DNA from: Myxococcota bacterium
GTDB taxonomy: Bacteria; Myxococcota_A; UBA796; GCA-2862545
DNA length: 64,000 nucleotides
Direction of reading: 5' to 3'
Assembly (NCBI GenBank): GCA_039208735.1
Contig: JBCCQY010000007.1
Coordinates: 32,001-96,000 of the forward strand
Part shown: positions 40,159 to 50,662 of the stretch, in pieces
Layout: every line of letters starts with the position of its first letter
Position numbering within the stretch: the stretch's first letter is position 1
Notes under the pieces: generated by a model
Told to the model about the DNA's origin: nothing
What the model saw: only the letters and a program-made list of their open reading frames with translations
The model's database searches: none
Program-made: the position numbers and the translations under genes

Positions 40159-41487
40159 TCAAGGACGATTCGTTGCGAGGTTGCGCGCCCCTCCTTCGGA
40201 CAGCTCGGCCCAGAACGCCCACGAATCCCCATCGTCTTCGGTGCGCGACACCACTTGCTCCCACACCCCAAACAACGCTCCGTTGTGTGCCACGATGGCA
40301 TCGAGCGGCTTTTCGGGAATGGGGAACCACGACAGGCCATCGGTGGAACGCCAACCGTCGAGGTCGCCCACGGCGACGTAGGCGGTGCCGCTCCAGGCGA
40401 CCGATTGCAGCTTGCCTCCACCTTCGTCCACGAACGTCCACACCAGTCCGTCGGTGCTTCGCCACCGCTCGCCCCCTTCGCCCACCGCCACGAAGCCGGG
40501 CGGCCCCCAGGTCAGGCCGAAGAACTCTGGCGCACCTGGAATCGTGCCGAACGTCCATCTCTCGCCATCCGAAGAGACCCCGACCTCTTCATCGCTCAAG
40601 ACCACGATGGTGTCTGGGGAGGCGGTCATGACTCGCCACACCACCCCTTCCTGGGCACGAACCGTCCACGCTAGCCCATCGTCGGACGACAGCAAATCCC
40701 CACCGAAGCTCGCCGCAACAAACCGTCCATCGAATGCCGTCACGGTCGAGAGCACGGGCTCAGTATCGGTGAGTTCCCAGGTCAGCCCTTGATCGACCGA
40801 GGTTCCCGATCGACCGGACGCATCACCGCCCACCACCACCCAACGGCCGTTGGCGTAGGCTGCCGCGCCAAAGAACCCGGCTGCCTCGGTCTGGAGGTAG
40901 GTCGGCGCCGGAGGCGTGGTCACGCTGGCTCGCAGTCCCGGATCCCCCACCACGAGCAATACGGGAGGCTCAGGATTGTCGGGCGCACGGTCCGCACCCC
41001 GGCCTGCAGCGCCTTGGGCCCGTTCGAGCAGGTCGAGTTGCCCGTCTGCCTCGATCTCTCGGTAGACCCCCGAACGTCGAGCAAGCCCTTCCACGTCGCC
41101 CGGCTCGCCAAGCTCGATGATCCAGCGTTCCCGAGCGAACACCACCCCGCGAATGTCGATCGTAGCGGTTGCTTCGTCGATCTCCGTGAGCGTCTCCCCA
41201 GCCGCCCGAAGGTTTTGCAATCCCACGTCCAGGGTGCACCATTGTCCGTCAGGAATGCGGAAGGCTGCGCCCTCGAGCAGGTCTTCCTCCACAATCACCG
41301 AGCCCGCTTCGCCCTCGCAGCTCGTAAAGGTCGCGGAAACCCTGCGGGCGGTCGCAACCTCCCAGACGCTCCCTTCCGTATCTGGGGGGGCAATCCGCAC
41401 CGACGCCGTGCCGGGATTTCCGACCGCGGTACCCCCTCCTTCGCGCCACAGCCCACAACCCACGAGCAACAGCAATCCGAGCATCAC
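40159..41487 (-). CDS. Lipoprotein with BNR/Asp-box beta-propeller
   Basis: LLVGC lipobox; repeated SxDGxxW Asp-box motifs. Confidence 0.8.
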   Translation of the reverse strand: MMLGLLLLVGCGLWREGGGTAVGNPGTASVRIAPPDTEGSVWEVATARRVSATFTSCEGEAGSVIVEEDLLEGAAFRIPDGQWCTLDVGLQNLRAAGETLTEIDEATATIDIRGVVFARERWIIELGEPGDVEGLARRSGVYREIEADGQLDLLERAQGAAGRGADRAPDNPEPPVLLVVGDPGLRASVTTPPAPTYLQTEAAGFFGAAAYANGRWVVVGGDASGRSGTSVDQGLTWELTDTEPVLSTVTAFDGRFVAASFGGDLLSSDDGLAWTVRAQEGVVWRVMTASPDTIVVLSDEEVGVSSDGERWTFGTIPGAPEFFGLTWGPPGFVAVGEGGERWRSTDGLVWTFVDEGGGKLQSVAWSGTAYVAVGDLDGWRSTDGLSWFPIPEKPLDAIVAHNGALFGVWEQVVSRTEDDGDSWAFWAELSEGGARNLATNRP

Positions 41488-42338
41488 GTGCCTCCCTCGT
41501 CCTCACCCGGCGTGGACAACGGAAAGAAGTTTAGGTTGAACTGGAAGACCTGGCCCGCGGGGGGCTCTGCGTTCGCACAGAGTTCGAGGATGCGCTCTTG
41601 GAAGGCATTGAACTCGTCTTTCAAGGTCGGCACAAGCGACGGTGGTGCACTGACGGTGACCGCGAGGAAGTGTCGTTCCTGGGGTTGCACATCGGACAAG
41701 GCCTGCTTGGCGCGCTCCAGCATGCCCTGATGGTAGTTGTAGGCGGCAAGGCCCGCGAGTTCGTGGGGCGTGACGACGCTGCCCCCGCCGTGGCTCACCC
41801 GTCCATCGTCATGGCGCACCAATAACTCAAGTTCGAACAGTAGATCCAGGGCTTGGCGCGCCTGGCGGGCGGTGATGCGAGGCCGGATCTGTCTTGCTAC
41901 CCATGCGGGATCGTCGCGAAACGAATCGCGATTGGCCAGTTCCCGAATCGCAGGGTGAATCCAGTTCGACAGGTAGCGAACGCTATCGCCTTCGATGCGA
42001 CGAGCCTCACGGAATCGTCGACTGGCCATGATGTCGACCCACACCGCGTTCTTTTCGGTGGGTGTCTCGGCCTGATCGAGCTGCACAAGCAGCCGAAAGA
42101 ACCGGGCTTCGGTGGAACCTAGCGAAAGCGCCTTCTGAAATCCCTCGATTCCCGCCTGGGTCAGGTTGCGACGCCCCGCGATCACATCCGAGAGCAGCGA
42201 CGGCGAGCGCTGGCCGGTTCGCGCCACGAAGGCCCGATGGCTGAATTTTGGATTCGCTACCTTCTTAGCATCGAACCACTCGGACAAGTACGCCCGGTAG
42301 TCCAGAAACGCGAACACGCTGGGAAGATCGTCGGCCAC
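41484..42338 (-). CDS. TIGR02147/DUF4423 family HTH protein
   Basis: SVFAFLDYRAYL, FSHRAF, VIAGRRNLT, WIHPAIREL, VFQFNLNFFPLS. Confidence 0.9.
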   Translation of the reverse strand: MADDLPSVFAFLDYRAYLSEWFDAKKVANPKFSHRAFVARTGQRSPSLLSDVIAGRRNLTQAGIEGFQKALSLGSTEARFFRLLVQLDQAETPTEKNAVWVDIMASRRFREARRIEGDSVRYLSNWIHPAIRELANRDSFRDDPAWVARQIRPRITARQARQALDLLFELELLVRHDDGRVSHGGGSVVTPHELAGLAAYNYHQGMLERAKQALSDVQPQERHFLAVTVSAPPSLVPTLKDEFNAFQERILELCANAEPPAGQVFQFNLNFFPLSTPGEDEGGT

Positions 42339-42511
42339 GTCCCCTCATAGTAGCTCTCGCCACGGATTCCCAGTGCAGTCTGACTACCCAATCAAGCCTG
42401 CAAAAATCGAAGCTTTCATCCCATTTAGGGTGTCCCGTACTGAAGGCCAGTACGCAATGTCTCAGTACACCTACCGCTGCCGTCCTACGGGCCAAGACAT
42501 CAGGAGGGCGC

Positions 42512-44179
42512 ATGCCAGGACCCCGATGGCTCGTTGGAGTCGTGATGCTTGTTGCGTGCGGAGGTGGACCCAACAAGGATTCCGTCTTCGAATGCGACGT
42601 CTCCACTGCACCCAGTCCCACTCCGATGCGGCGGTTGTCCCACGACCAGTATCGGCAGACGGTGCACCACGCGATCGAACGGCTTGGCGGCTCCGTGCTC
42701 CGGGAGCGTGTGGGAGAGCGTGTGGACGCGCTCATCGACCGCATTCCCGACGACTTCGCGGACGAGACGTTGTCGCGCGAGGATCAGGTCATTTCACAGA
42801 CCCATGCTGAACAATGGTACCTCGTGGCCGAGACGGTTGCCGATGGGGTTCGCACGCTAGACCCACTGCCTTGCGACGACCCGCTTTGTGTTCCGGAGTT
42901 CATCGAGACGCAAGGGTCGCGATTGCTGCGGCATCCGTTGAATGACGAGGAACGAACGTTTTTCGGGTCGATTTACGATGCGGTGCCCGACCATGCCGAC
43001 GGCATTCGCGACCTGGTGCTGGTGTGGCTGAGTCACCCGATGTTCGTGATGCAGGTCGAACATGGAGCGAGCGAAGACGGTTCCGACACCACCGCCCTCA
43101 CGGGACCCGAACTCGCCAGTCGCTTGTCGTACCACGCGTGGAATGCACCACCCGACGATGCGCTTTGGACGAAGGCCCTCGACGGTTCCCTGCTGGACGA
43201 AGCGGTCTACGTGGCAGAGGTCGAACGACTCTTCGATGACGGGCGGAGCCGGGGACCTCGGGAGCGCTTCTTCCGCGATTGGCTGCAACTCGACACGGTG
43301 CCGCGACTCGATCTACAGGTGGGTCAACCTCGGTTTGACGCCTTTCGTGGTGATGTGACGCCGACCGCAGAACTCTCCGAACTCGTTCGAGACGACACGC
43401 TGAACCTCCTCGAATGGCACATCCGCAACCGGAGCCCCCTGGACGACGTGTTCACGGCGGCGGTCCACACCGTCACCGAACCCGAGGTCGGCGCTCTATA
43501 CGGCACCAACCAGCTGTGGGACGGGCACTCGGACCCCGAAACCCTCACCACCGGACACGGTGGCCTGCTGACCCGACCCGCATTCCACGTCGCGGGCACC
43601 GCCAGCACCCGACCCATTCGCAAAGGGGTCCTCATTCGTCGCCGCATCCTGTGTGACTCGCTCGGCGACCCTCCCGCCGACCTCGGACCCGAACCCGAGA
43701 TCGATCCCGCGGCGACCCAGCGCCAACGCACCGAACAGCTCACCGAGATCGAAGGCTCGATCTGCGCAGGCTGCCACACCTTCGTCAATCCCTTGGGCTA
43801 CGCGACCGAGCGCTTTGATGGGCTGGGTCGCGCGCGCACCCAAGAAACGGTGTGGGGACTTGAAGGGGAGCGGCTTGCCACCTCGCCCGTCGACGATGAA
43901 GGCATGCTTCGCATCGAAGCCACTGACGAGACGGTCACCGCGGGCCACGAAGCGCTCGCCGAAGCCCTTGCGGACTCGGCCAAGACGGACGCGTGCTTGG
44001 CGCGGTTCTGGTTCCGCCACACCTGGGGCCGCCACGAAGACGAAGCCGTGGACGGCTGTGTGCTGCAGGGTGTGGAGCAGCGCCTCCAGCAAGGCGAAAG
44101 CCTCGACGAAGCCCTGCGCGCCATCGCACTTGACCCCACCTTCCGCCAGCGTCGTTTCGACGAAGGAGAGACCCCATGA
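42512..44179 (+). CDS. DUF1592/DUF1588-family protein (lipoprotein, CxxCH)
   Basis: MRRLSHDQY, ELASRLSY..WNAPPD, TRPIRKG, CAGCH..VNPLGY..ERFDGLG. Confidence 0.88.
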   Translation: MPGPRWLVGVVMLVACGGGPNKDSVFECDVSTAPSPTPMRRLSHDQYRQTVHHAIERLGGSVLRERVGERVDALIDRIPDDFADETLSREDQVISQTHAEQWYLVAETVADGVRTLDPLPCDDPLCVPEFIETQGSRLLRHPLNDEERTFFGSIYDAVPDHADGIRDLVLVWLSHPMFVMQVEHGASEDGSDTTALTGPELASRLSYHAWNAPPDDALWTKALDGSLLDEAVYVAEVERLFDDGRSRGPRERFFRDWLQLDTVPRLDLQVGQPRFDAFRGDVTPTAELSELVRDDTLNLLEWHIRNRSPLDDVFTAAVHTVTEPEVGALYGTNQLWDGHSDPETLTTGHGGLLTRPAFHVAGTASTRPIRKGVLIRRRILCDSLGDPPADLGPEPEIDPAATQRQRTEQLTEIEGSICAGCHTFVNPLGYATERFDGLGRARTQETVWGLEGERLATSPVDDEGMLRIEATDETVTAGHEALAEALADSAKTDACLARFWFRHTWGRHEDEAVDGCVLQGVEQRLQQGESLDEALRAIALDPTFRQRRFDEGETP

Positions 44180-45678
44180 ACCGTCGCATGTTCTTGCGCA
44201 CCGCGGGAGGGGCCGCGGTCACCATCCCGGTCCTCGGGTCGCTGCTTCCGGCCCATGCCGCCGAACCCTCCTCGATCCGCTTTGTGGCCATGGCCACGCA
44301 GCACGGAGGCATCTGGGGCGAGCACATGTGGCCCACCGACGCCACGCTGAACGAAACCCAAGACATTGGACACACGATTCGACGCGGTGACCTGTCGTGG
44401 GTCGAGCAGGGGGGTGACGTCGTCCTCTCTCAGGTGCTGACCGCCCGTGGACACCACCTCACGCCATCGGTGCGCGACCAGTTGGCCCTCATCCGCGGGG
44501 TCGACGTGCCCTTCTACATCAGTCATCACACCGGCGGGTACCTCGGGAACTACGGCCGTAACGACACCGAGTTCGAGACCGACAATCCGGTGCCCTACCA
44601 CCCCACGATCGACCAAGTCATGGCGTGGTCAGAGGGCTTTTACGGTTCGCTGCTCGGCGTCACCCAGCGAAGCGTGCACATCGGCCACCCCATGAGCTGG
44701 GGGTATGCGAATCCCGTGGCCCAGGCTGGCGACATCGATCCCATGCCCACGACCTGGCATTCGACCGAACTCTTCGCGTCCCTGTTTGGAACTGGTGACG
44801 CCAGCCAAGGCGAGGACCGACGACTCGTGGTCGACCAGGTGCTGGAAAGCTACCGGCGCCTCCGAGAGGGTGCATTTGGCCCAGGTCGTCGGCTTTCGCA
44901 GGGTGACCGGACTCGGCTAGACGCGCACATGGAACGCTTGTTCGAGGTCGAACGTCGACTCACCGCGCTGGGTTCCTGCGGCGAGGTTCCCCAACCTCCC
45001 CTCGACACCGACGCACATCCGGGCGCCCCGTTTGAGTCCTTCGATCTCGAAGCGGTGGAGGCGTACCACGAGTTGTGGATCGACGTGTTGGCACTTGCAT
45101 TGATCTGCGGGGCGACCCGGATCGCCACCTACAACTGCCTCCACACCTTCGAGCCGTGGGTGGGCGACTGGCATCAAGACATCGCGCATGAGGCCTGGGT
45201 GGACTTGGATGCCGAGCAGCACCTGGTTCGGGGCCATCAGCGCTTCTTCGACCAAGTCTTCTGCGAACTCGCGTCGCGCCTCGACGTGCCCGATTCCGAT
45301 GGCAACACTGTGCTGAACAACAGCCTCTTGGTGTGGATGCACGAAAGCGGCCCTGCCACCCACGACATGATTTCCACCCCGGTCATCACCGCCGGAGGGG
45401 CGAGCGGCGCCTGGCGAACCGGCCAATACGTCGACTACCGGAACCGCGAAAGCCGAGCCCTGGGTCAAGACGAGTACAACCCCATTGTCGTGGCCCAACG
45501 GCCGGGCTTGCTGCACGGTCAGCTGCTCGGCAGTCTGCTTCGCGCCGTCGGCGTGCCCGACCACGCTTGGCAGCGGTCCGAAAACCCCGGCTTTGGACCC
45601 CATCGGAACGACTCTCTCAACGCGTGGCCCCGCTACGTGGAACAGATGGCCAACGACCCGCTGCCGTTCTTCGGTTGA
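44176..45678 (+). CDS. DUF1552-family protein with Tat signal
   Basis: MNRRMFLR, PTIDQ, DRTRLDAH..RLFEVERRL, ICGATRIAT; ATGA overlap, canonical partner of DUF1592. Confidence 0.88.
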   Translation: MNRRMFLRTAGGAAVTIPVLGSLLPAHAAEPSSIRFVAMATQHGGIWGEHMWPTDATLNETQDIGHTIRRGDLSWVEQGGDVVLSQVLTARGHHLTPSVRDQLALIRGVDVPFYISHHTGGYLGNYGRNDTEFETDNPVPYHPTIDQVMAWSEGFYGSLLGVTQRSVHIGHPMSWGYANPVAQAGDIDPMPTTWHSTELFASLFGTGDASQGEDRRLVVDQVLESYRRLREGAFGPGRRLSQGDRTRLDAHMERLFEVERRLTALGSCGEVPQPPLDTDAHPGAPFESFDLEAVEAYHELWIDVLALALICGATRIATYNCLHTFEPWVGDWHQDIAHEAWVDLDAEQHLVRGHQRFFDQVFCELASRLDVPDSDGNTVLNNSLLVWMHESGPATHDMISTPVITAGGASGAWRTGQYVDYRNRESRALGQDEYNPIVVAQRPGLLHGQLLGSLLRAVGVPDHAWQRSENPGFGPHRNDSLNAWPRYVEQMANDPLPFFG

Positions 45679-45690
45679 GCCAGCAGGCGC

Positions 45691-46083
45691 CTACTGCTTG
45701 GAGAGGCGCCGCGTCAGACTCGACTGGAACGCAAGCGTGTCGAGGCCCATCAGGGCCGGCGAAGGAGGCTGGCCCGACACTTCACAGAACAATTCCCGGT
45801 TGGGCGTGACGCCCCGAAGCTCCGCTCGGCACACCAGCTGGGCACAGTCCAGGCCCGCGGTCGACAAGAACGCGGTCATGCTCTGTTGGGCCACCAGCTG
45901 TGGGTCACCGGTGGCTTCAGCGATCTCGGCCCCTTCCGCGCATCCACGACGCGCCGCTTCGCTGCCCATCGCCCAGTAAAAGAACAAGAATCCGGCGTGC
46001 AGGGTTCCAAAGAGGAACATCACGAAAAACGGAATCGTCAATGCGAATTCGACGGCGTTCGCGCCGCGCCGTGTCCGGCTCAT
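45691..46083 (-). CDS. TadE-like pseudopilin
   Basis: RRGANAVEFAL prepilin motif, AARRG. Confidence 0.85.
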   Translation of the reverse strand: MSRTRRGANAVEFALTIPFFVMFLFGTLHAGFLFFYWAMGSEAARRGCAEGAEIAEATGDPQLVAQQSMTAFLSTAGLDCAQLVCRAELRGVTPNRELFCEVSGQPPSPALMGLDTLAFQSSLTRRLSKQ

Positions 46084-46502
46084 GGCTGATCCAGCGTCGC
46101 GAGTGTGGTTTGGTAGGAAATGGCAAATGGCACGGGAAACAGGATTCCGCTGAACCGGGATGACAGGGGAGCCGTGCCCCGAATCGTGACGTGCGACACG
46201 CCTCCGCGGTCCTCGAACCCGATCGCTACAACCACGTCGTCACGCTTCCAACCTGCGCGTTCGGCGGCGTCTTTGACTTCGTTGTCGGCGATGGCCGTCA
46301 CGTTGGTCTCGTACTCACCGGGCTTCAAGGGGTCCCGAAGCGTTACCGACGCACGCCGCGAGCCCTCGGAAACCGCATCGACCAGGGCCGCGTGGGACAT
46401 CAGAACCCACGACACCGTAATGATACCGCCGATGAAGGTCGCGAGCATCGGCACCACAAGGGCGAACTCGACCACCGTTGCGCCTCGTCGCTGGGAACCC
46501 AT
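46080..46502 (-). CDS. TadE-like pseudopilin
   Basis: RRGATVVEFALVVP; TAATG overlap with upstream gene. Confidence 0.85.
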   Translation of the reverse strand: MGSQRRGATVVEFALVVPMLATFIGGIITVSWVLMSHAALVDAVSEGSRRASVTLRDPLKPGEYETNVTAIADNEVKDAAERAGWKRDDVVVAIGFEDRGGVSHVTIRGTAPLSSRFSGILFPVPFAISYQTTLATLDQP

Positions 46503-47449
46503 TAGAGCGGGTCCCCGCACAACGCCCAACCCTCTTTGAGGTGGATGGAGTGCGCCTTGGTGCCGCAAGGCTGCGACAGGTCATGGAACTCGGGGCACTG
46601 ATTCACGTATGCGCAGTAATGCTGCATCTCGAGCGTATTGGTGCTGTTCTGGTCGATGTAGAACGTGCCAAGGTAAACCCGCTCTTTCAGCTTGAAGTGA
46701 CCCTTCACGCCGTTGTCGTAGTCCCGCATTACGTACTGGTCGCCGCAGTTCGCTTCGGAGGGAAGCGGAACCCCGGTGGGGTTCGAATCGTTTCGGACCC
46801 GGAATACCGCCGACTCGTTTTTCTGGCTGCTCCCCGACTCGGCAATTCCCGCCTTATAAAGACGATAGTAGCCGGTAGGGGGCGGATCCTTCATCTCGAG
46901 CGTGACGACCTTATGGAGGTCGTGGGCCAAGCCCACCACCGCTTCGGCGGTCTTGCGCTCGAAGTTGATGTCGGTCGTGCAGATCGCGTCGTCCACGATG
47001 CTCGGGATTTGGTCGCTCATGGCCTGTCCATGAACTTCCAGCGAGTTCTGACCCAAGAAGCTCGCAAAAAACGTATTCGAAGCGTTCTTACCCGTACGCG
47101 AGACCTTCGCCTCCGCCGCCTCGATGAAGGGGCTTGCTAGGAACGCACCGTTGGTGCGGTCGACCCGGCCCCACGAAATCCCATCTAGGTTGAACGGTTT
47201 GTTGTCGAACGACGACAGATGATTGGCCACCACGTTTTTCGCCATCAACTCGGCTTCGCCAACCGACTTGCCCTCGGCATAGGCCACGATCGCTGTGTGA
47301 GCCGCCGCGTAGGCGACCGACTCGGCTTCGCTCGAATGCACCGACATCATACCCATGTCCACGGCGCCTGCTGCCAAGACCACAAGCGGAACCATGCCCA
47401 GGGCAAGGATCATTCCGTACTGACCGCGTTTGCGTTCTGCACTCCGCAT
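46502..47449 (-). CDS. TadG-like protein
   Basis: RKRGQYGMILAL...GAVDMG...AYAAA Tad N-terminal motif; Cys-rich C-terminal domain. Confidence 0.75.
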   Translation of the reverse strand: MRSAERKRGQYGMILALGMVPLVVLAAGAVDMGMMSVHSSEAESVAYAAAHTAIVAYAEGKSVGEAELMAKNVVANHLSSFDNKPFNLDGISWGRVDRTNGAFLASPFIEAAEAKVSRTGKNASNTFFASFLGQNSLEVHGQAMSDQIPSIVDDAICTTDINFERKTAEAVVGLAHDLHKVVTLEMKDPPPTGYYRLYKAGIAESGSSQKNESAVFRVRNDSNPTGVPLPSEANCGDQYVMRDYDNGVKGHFKLKERVYLGTFYIDQNSTNTLEMQHYCAYVNQCPEFHDLSQPCGTKAHSIHLKEGWALCGDPL

Positions 47450-47557
47450 CCCGACCTCCTTCTCCCCGCCGGCGCATTTTGGCAGGACCCTGTTGACAAG
47501 CAACTTACGGTTGTGTTGCAAAGCTGATAAGCCTCTTTCGAACATATCAATTCCACA

Positions 47558-50515
47558 TCAAACGGATGCTACCATACGATTCAAAAGACGGAGTGCGTAA
47601 GGGCCTTGGGCCGCGAGCGGCTGCCAGGGTTCTCCATCGAACCATCTGGCCAATCGCTCACCCGCCCTGCGCTCACACGCGAAAACGGGTCGCGCGGCGG
47701 CCAGAATCCCCGATGCATCGCCTTTTTTCGACTGAAAGCGAGCTAGGCTTAGGAAAAACCGAATGAGACTCTCGCGGCGGGGCCCGAGCAGCTGGGTCGC
47801 TTTGTCAAGGGCATTGCCGTAGCACCGGCAAGCTGCCGCCAGGTTGCCCTGCAAATGCTCGACGTTCCCCAAAAGCATATCCGCAAAGGCTTGACTGCTT
47901 CGAAACTGCAGGTCGCCCCTGGACCAACCGGGGGACAAGGTATGCAACACGGAGTGGGCGATTTCAGCCCCCGAGGTAAGGTTACCGTATTCGATGTCGC
48001 ATATCGCAATTATAAGCTTGCACTCTGCAGCCGACCGTTGTTGCTCAGCCTCAACAAAGTACCGTACTGCCGCACTGGCGTAGGTGCGTGCTTGGTCGTG
48101 GTCGGGCACGTGTAAGAAGTACTCTGCGTGCTCACGGTGACATTGGGCCATGCCCGTGACGTGCCCGTCGGCGACCGCCAATGCAGCCGAAAGGTCCGCG
48201 TAGGCCTCGTACAGACGCCCCTCACGCATCAGGACTTTACCCCGTGCGTTCCGAGACATCCCTTCCATCGCAACCAGCCCTAACCGGCGTGAGAGCGTCA
48301 ACGCGTCTTCGAACGCCAACTTTGCCTGACGCACCTCGCCCATCCGTAGGAAGAGCGCCCCGCGGTTGAGGTGTCCTAAAATCACCGGGCCCGGCTCACC
48401 GGTGCGCTTCGCGGCCACCATGCCGCGATCGAGGTGTTTCGCGGCTGCATCGGCCTGGCAGGTCCAGCGGTGCCATTGCCCGAGCGACAGGTGGGTGTTC
48501 GCGATCAACTTGTCGTTGCCCTCGTCCTCTGCCAGGGCAAGGCTCTTGTGTAAGAGGTCCAGAGCAGCCTCACCATGCTCAAGGTGCAGCAGGTGAATCC
48601 CGAGCGCCGCCATCAGCGCCGAGTGCAACGGACCTTGCCCCGCCGCAAGCGTCGCGCGCATCGGCTCAAGGGCCGGCGCTCCGGGCTCGGCCGTCATCAA
48701 GGGGGCCGCATCGAGGATGAGGGCCTCGGCAGCCCCAAAATCGGTTTGAAGGGAATGTTCATGCGCTTCTAGGACGTTAGTGAGTTCCGCCAAGAACGAG
48801 GATAGAACCTAACTCATCCTTGATGTTTGGGCCTGCGTTCGCCACTCCCGCACGCGCTGGCGATAGGCCTTTAGGTGTCGGGCTCGCAGCACATCGTCAT
48901 CCTCGAGACGCTCGGCGGCAAAGAAGCGCACGGTGTCGAGCAAGGTGAAAACGGCCTGGCCGTACCGATCGAGGCGCGTGTTCAGCAATGACTTGCTGAC
49001 GAGCGATGAAAGCTGTACGAGCGAGTCGTCGACGGTCAACACCTCACTTGCAATGCGCGCACTGAACGGTCCTCGGAACACCGTGCACTGGGAGAGGGTG
49101 GTTCGTTCCTCATTGGTGAGCATGGACCAAGACCAGTCCACCATTCCTCTTAGGGTCGACGCCCGAGGAGTTGCGGGCCGAGGCCCCAACAGGTCCAACC
49201 GTTCGGGGAGAAGCCGCAGGAGTTCGTCGAGGCCAAGGGTCCGAACCTTGGGCACCGCCAGCTCAAGGGCCAAGGGAATGCCCTCGAGAGCCTCGACGAG
49301 TTGATCGAGGCCTTCGAGGTCCTCCAGAGCTTTCTGGGACCATCCTGCTTGACTCATCCGCTCAATGAGAAGTCGCACCCCATCGTCCGTACTCAATGGA
49401 CCGACGACAATTCGCTGTTCGCCTCGGCCAAGGGTGGCCTCACGGGACGTCGCCAACACCCGCAGCTCTCCTGCTGCGGCAAGCCAGCGTTCGACGTGAC
49501 GCGCCACGGGCCCCGCGATCCGTTCGATCGTATCGAGCACCAGCCAACCCGGCCCAACCCGGCGGAGGGCTCGGGCGATCTGGACCGTTTGGGCCTCCGG
49601 GCTCATGGCCGGTTCCGCTCGAACCCCGAGCGCCTGGCGAACGCCGCGCAACAACCCTTCGGCATCCTTGAGGTTCGCAGCATCGACCCACCATACGGGC
49701 GGCCCCCGACGCTCCGTGAGCTGCCGAACGAACTCAAGCGCGAGACGCGTCTTCCCCATTCCCCCCATGCCCGTCAACGTGACCCAGCGCCCGCCCTTAA
49801 ACCTCTTCTCAAGAGCGCTTTGTTCAACAGAACGCCCCACGAACGCGTCGAGCGCCAACGGCGCGGGGGCGGCTTCGGGCTCGAACCGGACCCCCGCCCC
49901 GCGCACCGTCAGAAGATGGCGCGGATTCATGGGATCGGACTCAATCTTCGCGCGGAGGCGATGCAGAGTGGTGTGGAGGGTGCTCGTGCGTACGCCCGCT
50001 GCGTAGCCCCAGACGTCCTGCAGCAGCCGTTCCCGCGTCACTACGCGGCCTCGCCGGTCATCGAGGTACCGCAGGATGGCCACCTCCATGGGAGTCAGCG
50101 TCACCCGCCCCTCCGGTCCCAAGACGCAACCCACATCAAAGTCGATCGACCGATCGTGGAGGCGAATGTTCCGATCGTGAAGGGCCTCGGGGGGAGCGAA
50201 TCCACGCTCGCCAGGCAGGCCGTCGAAGCGAATCCCGAGCCCTCGCACGGTCTTGAGGTGATCCGGCGCTTTGGGATCTCGCTCCACTTTCATCCGCAGC
50301 CGACGCAGCGTGAAATCCACCATGCGTCGTCCCGGAGCAGCCGTCCCCCAAACTGCTTGCTGGAGCTGGGGCCGCGGAACCGTCTGTCCTTCATGCTGGA
50401 CGAGGTACCGTAAAAGCGATAGTTCGAGCGGAGTCAATTCCACATCGCCATCGGAGCGGACCACCCGCCCGCTCGCCAGGTCGACCGTACAGTCAGCGAA
50501 CTGCCTTGGTGTCAT
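47558..50515 (-). pseudogene. Tandem wHTH + NB-ARC-like ATPase + TPR regulator interrupted by a single in-frame TAG (48809-48811)
   Basis: Two wHTH domains, GMGGMGKT, EGIPLALELA; reads RMS*VLSSFLAELTNVLEA in one frame into a 411-codon TPR ORF; paralog of 4837-7560. Confidence 0.75.
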
Positions 50516-50631
50516 CGGCACCCCAGGATCCGGATTCCGTCGGGGGTAACCGTCTTCGGGAGACTTGAAAACCATTCGGCGCCTTGTCGCGACCTTAATG
50601 CAACAGGTCCCGTCGGGCGCTTTTCACGTGG

Positions 50632-50655
50632 CGTAAGGAAGCTCGACTCCTTACG
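50632..50655. promoter_or_regulatory. Inverted repeat CGTAAGGA-N8-TCCTTACG in divergent intergenic region
   Basis: Perfect 8-bp arms at 50632-50639 and 50648-50655. Confidence 0.45.
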
Positions 50656-50662
50656 TCGTGTA

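Noticed and set aside
48809..48811. Pyrrolysine or genome-wide amber recoding as the explanation of the in-frame TAG
   Set aside because: Many intact genes here end normally at TAG (e.g. 535, 7560, 10622, 24379) and no pyl genes are visible
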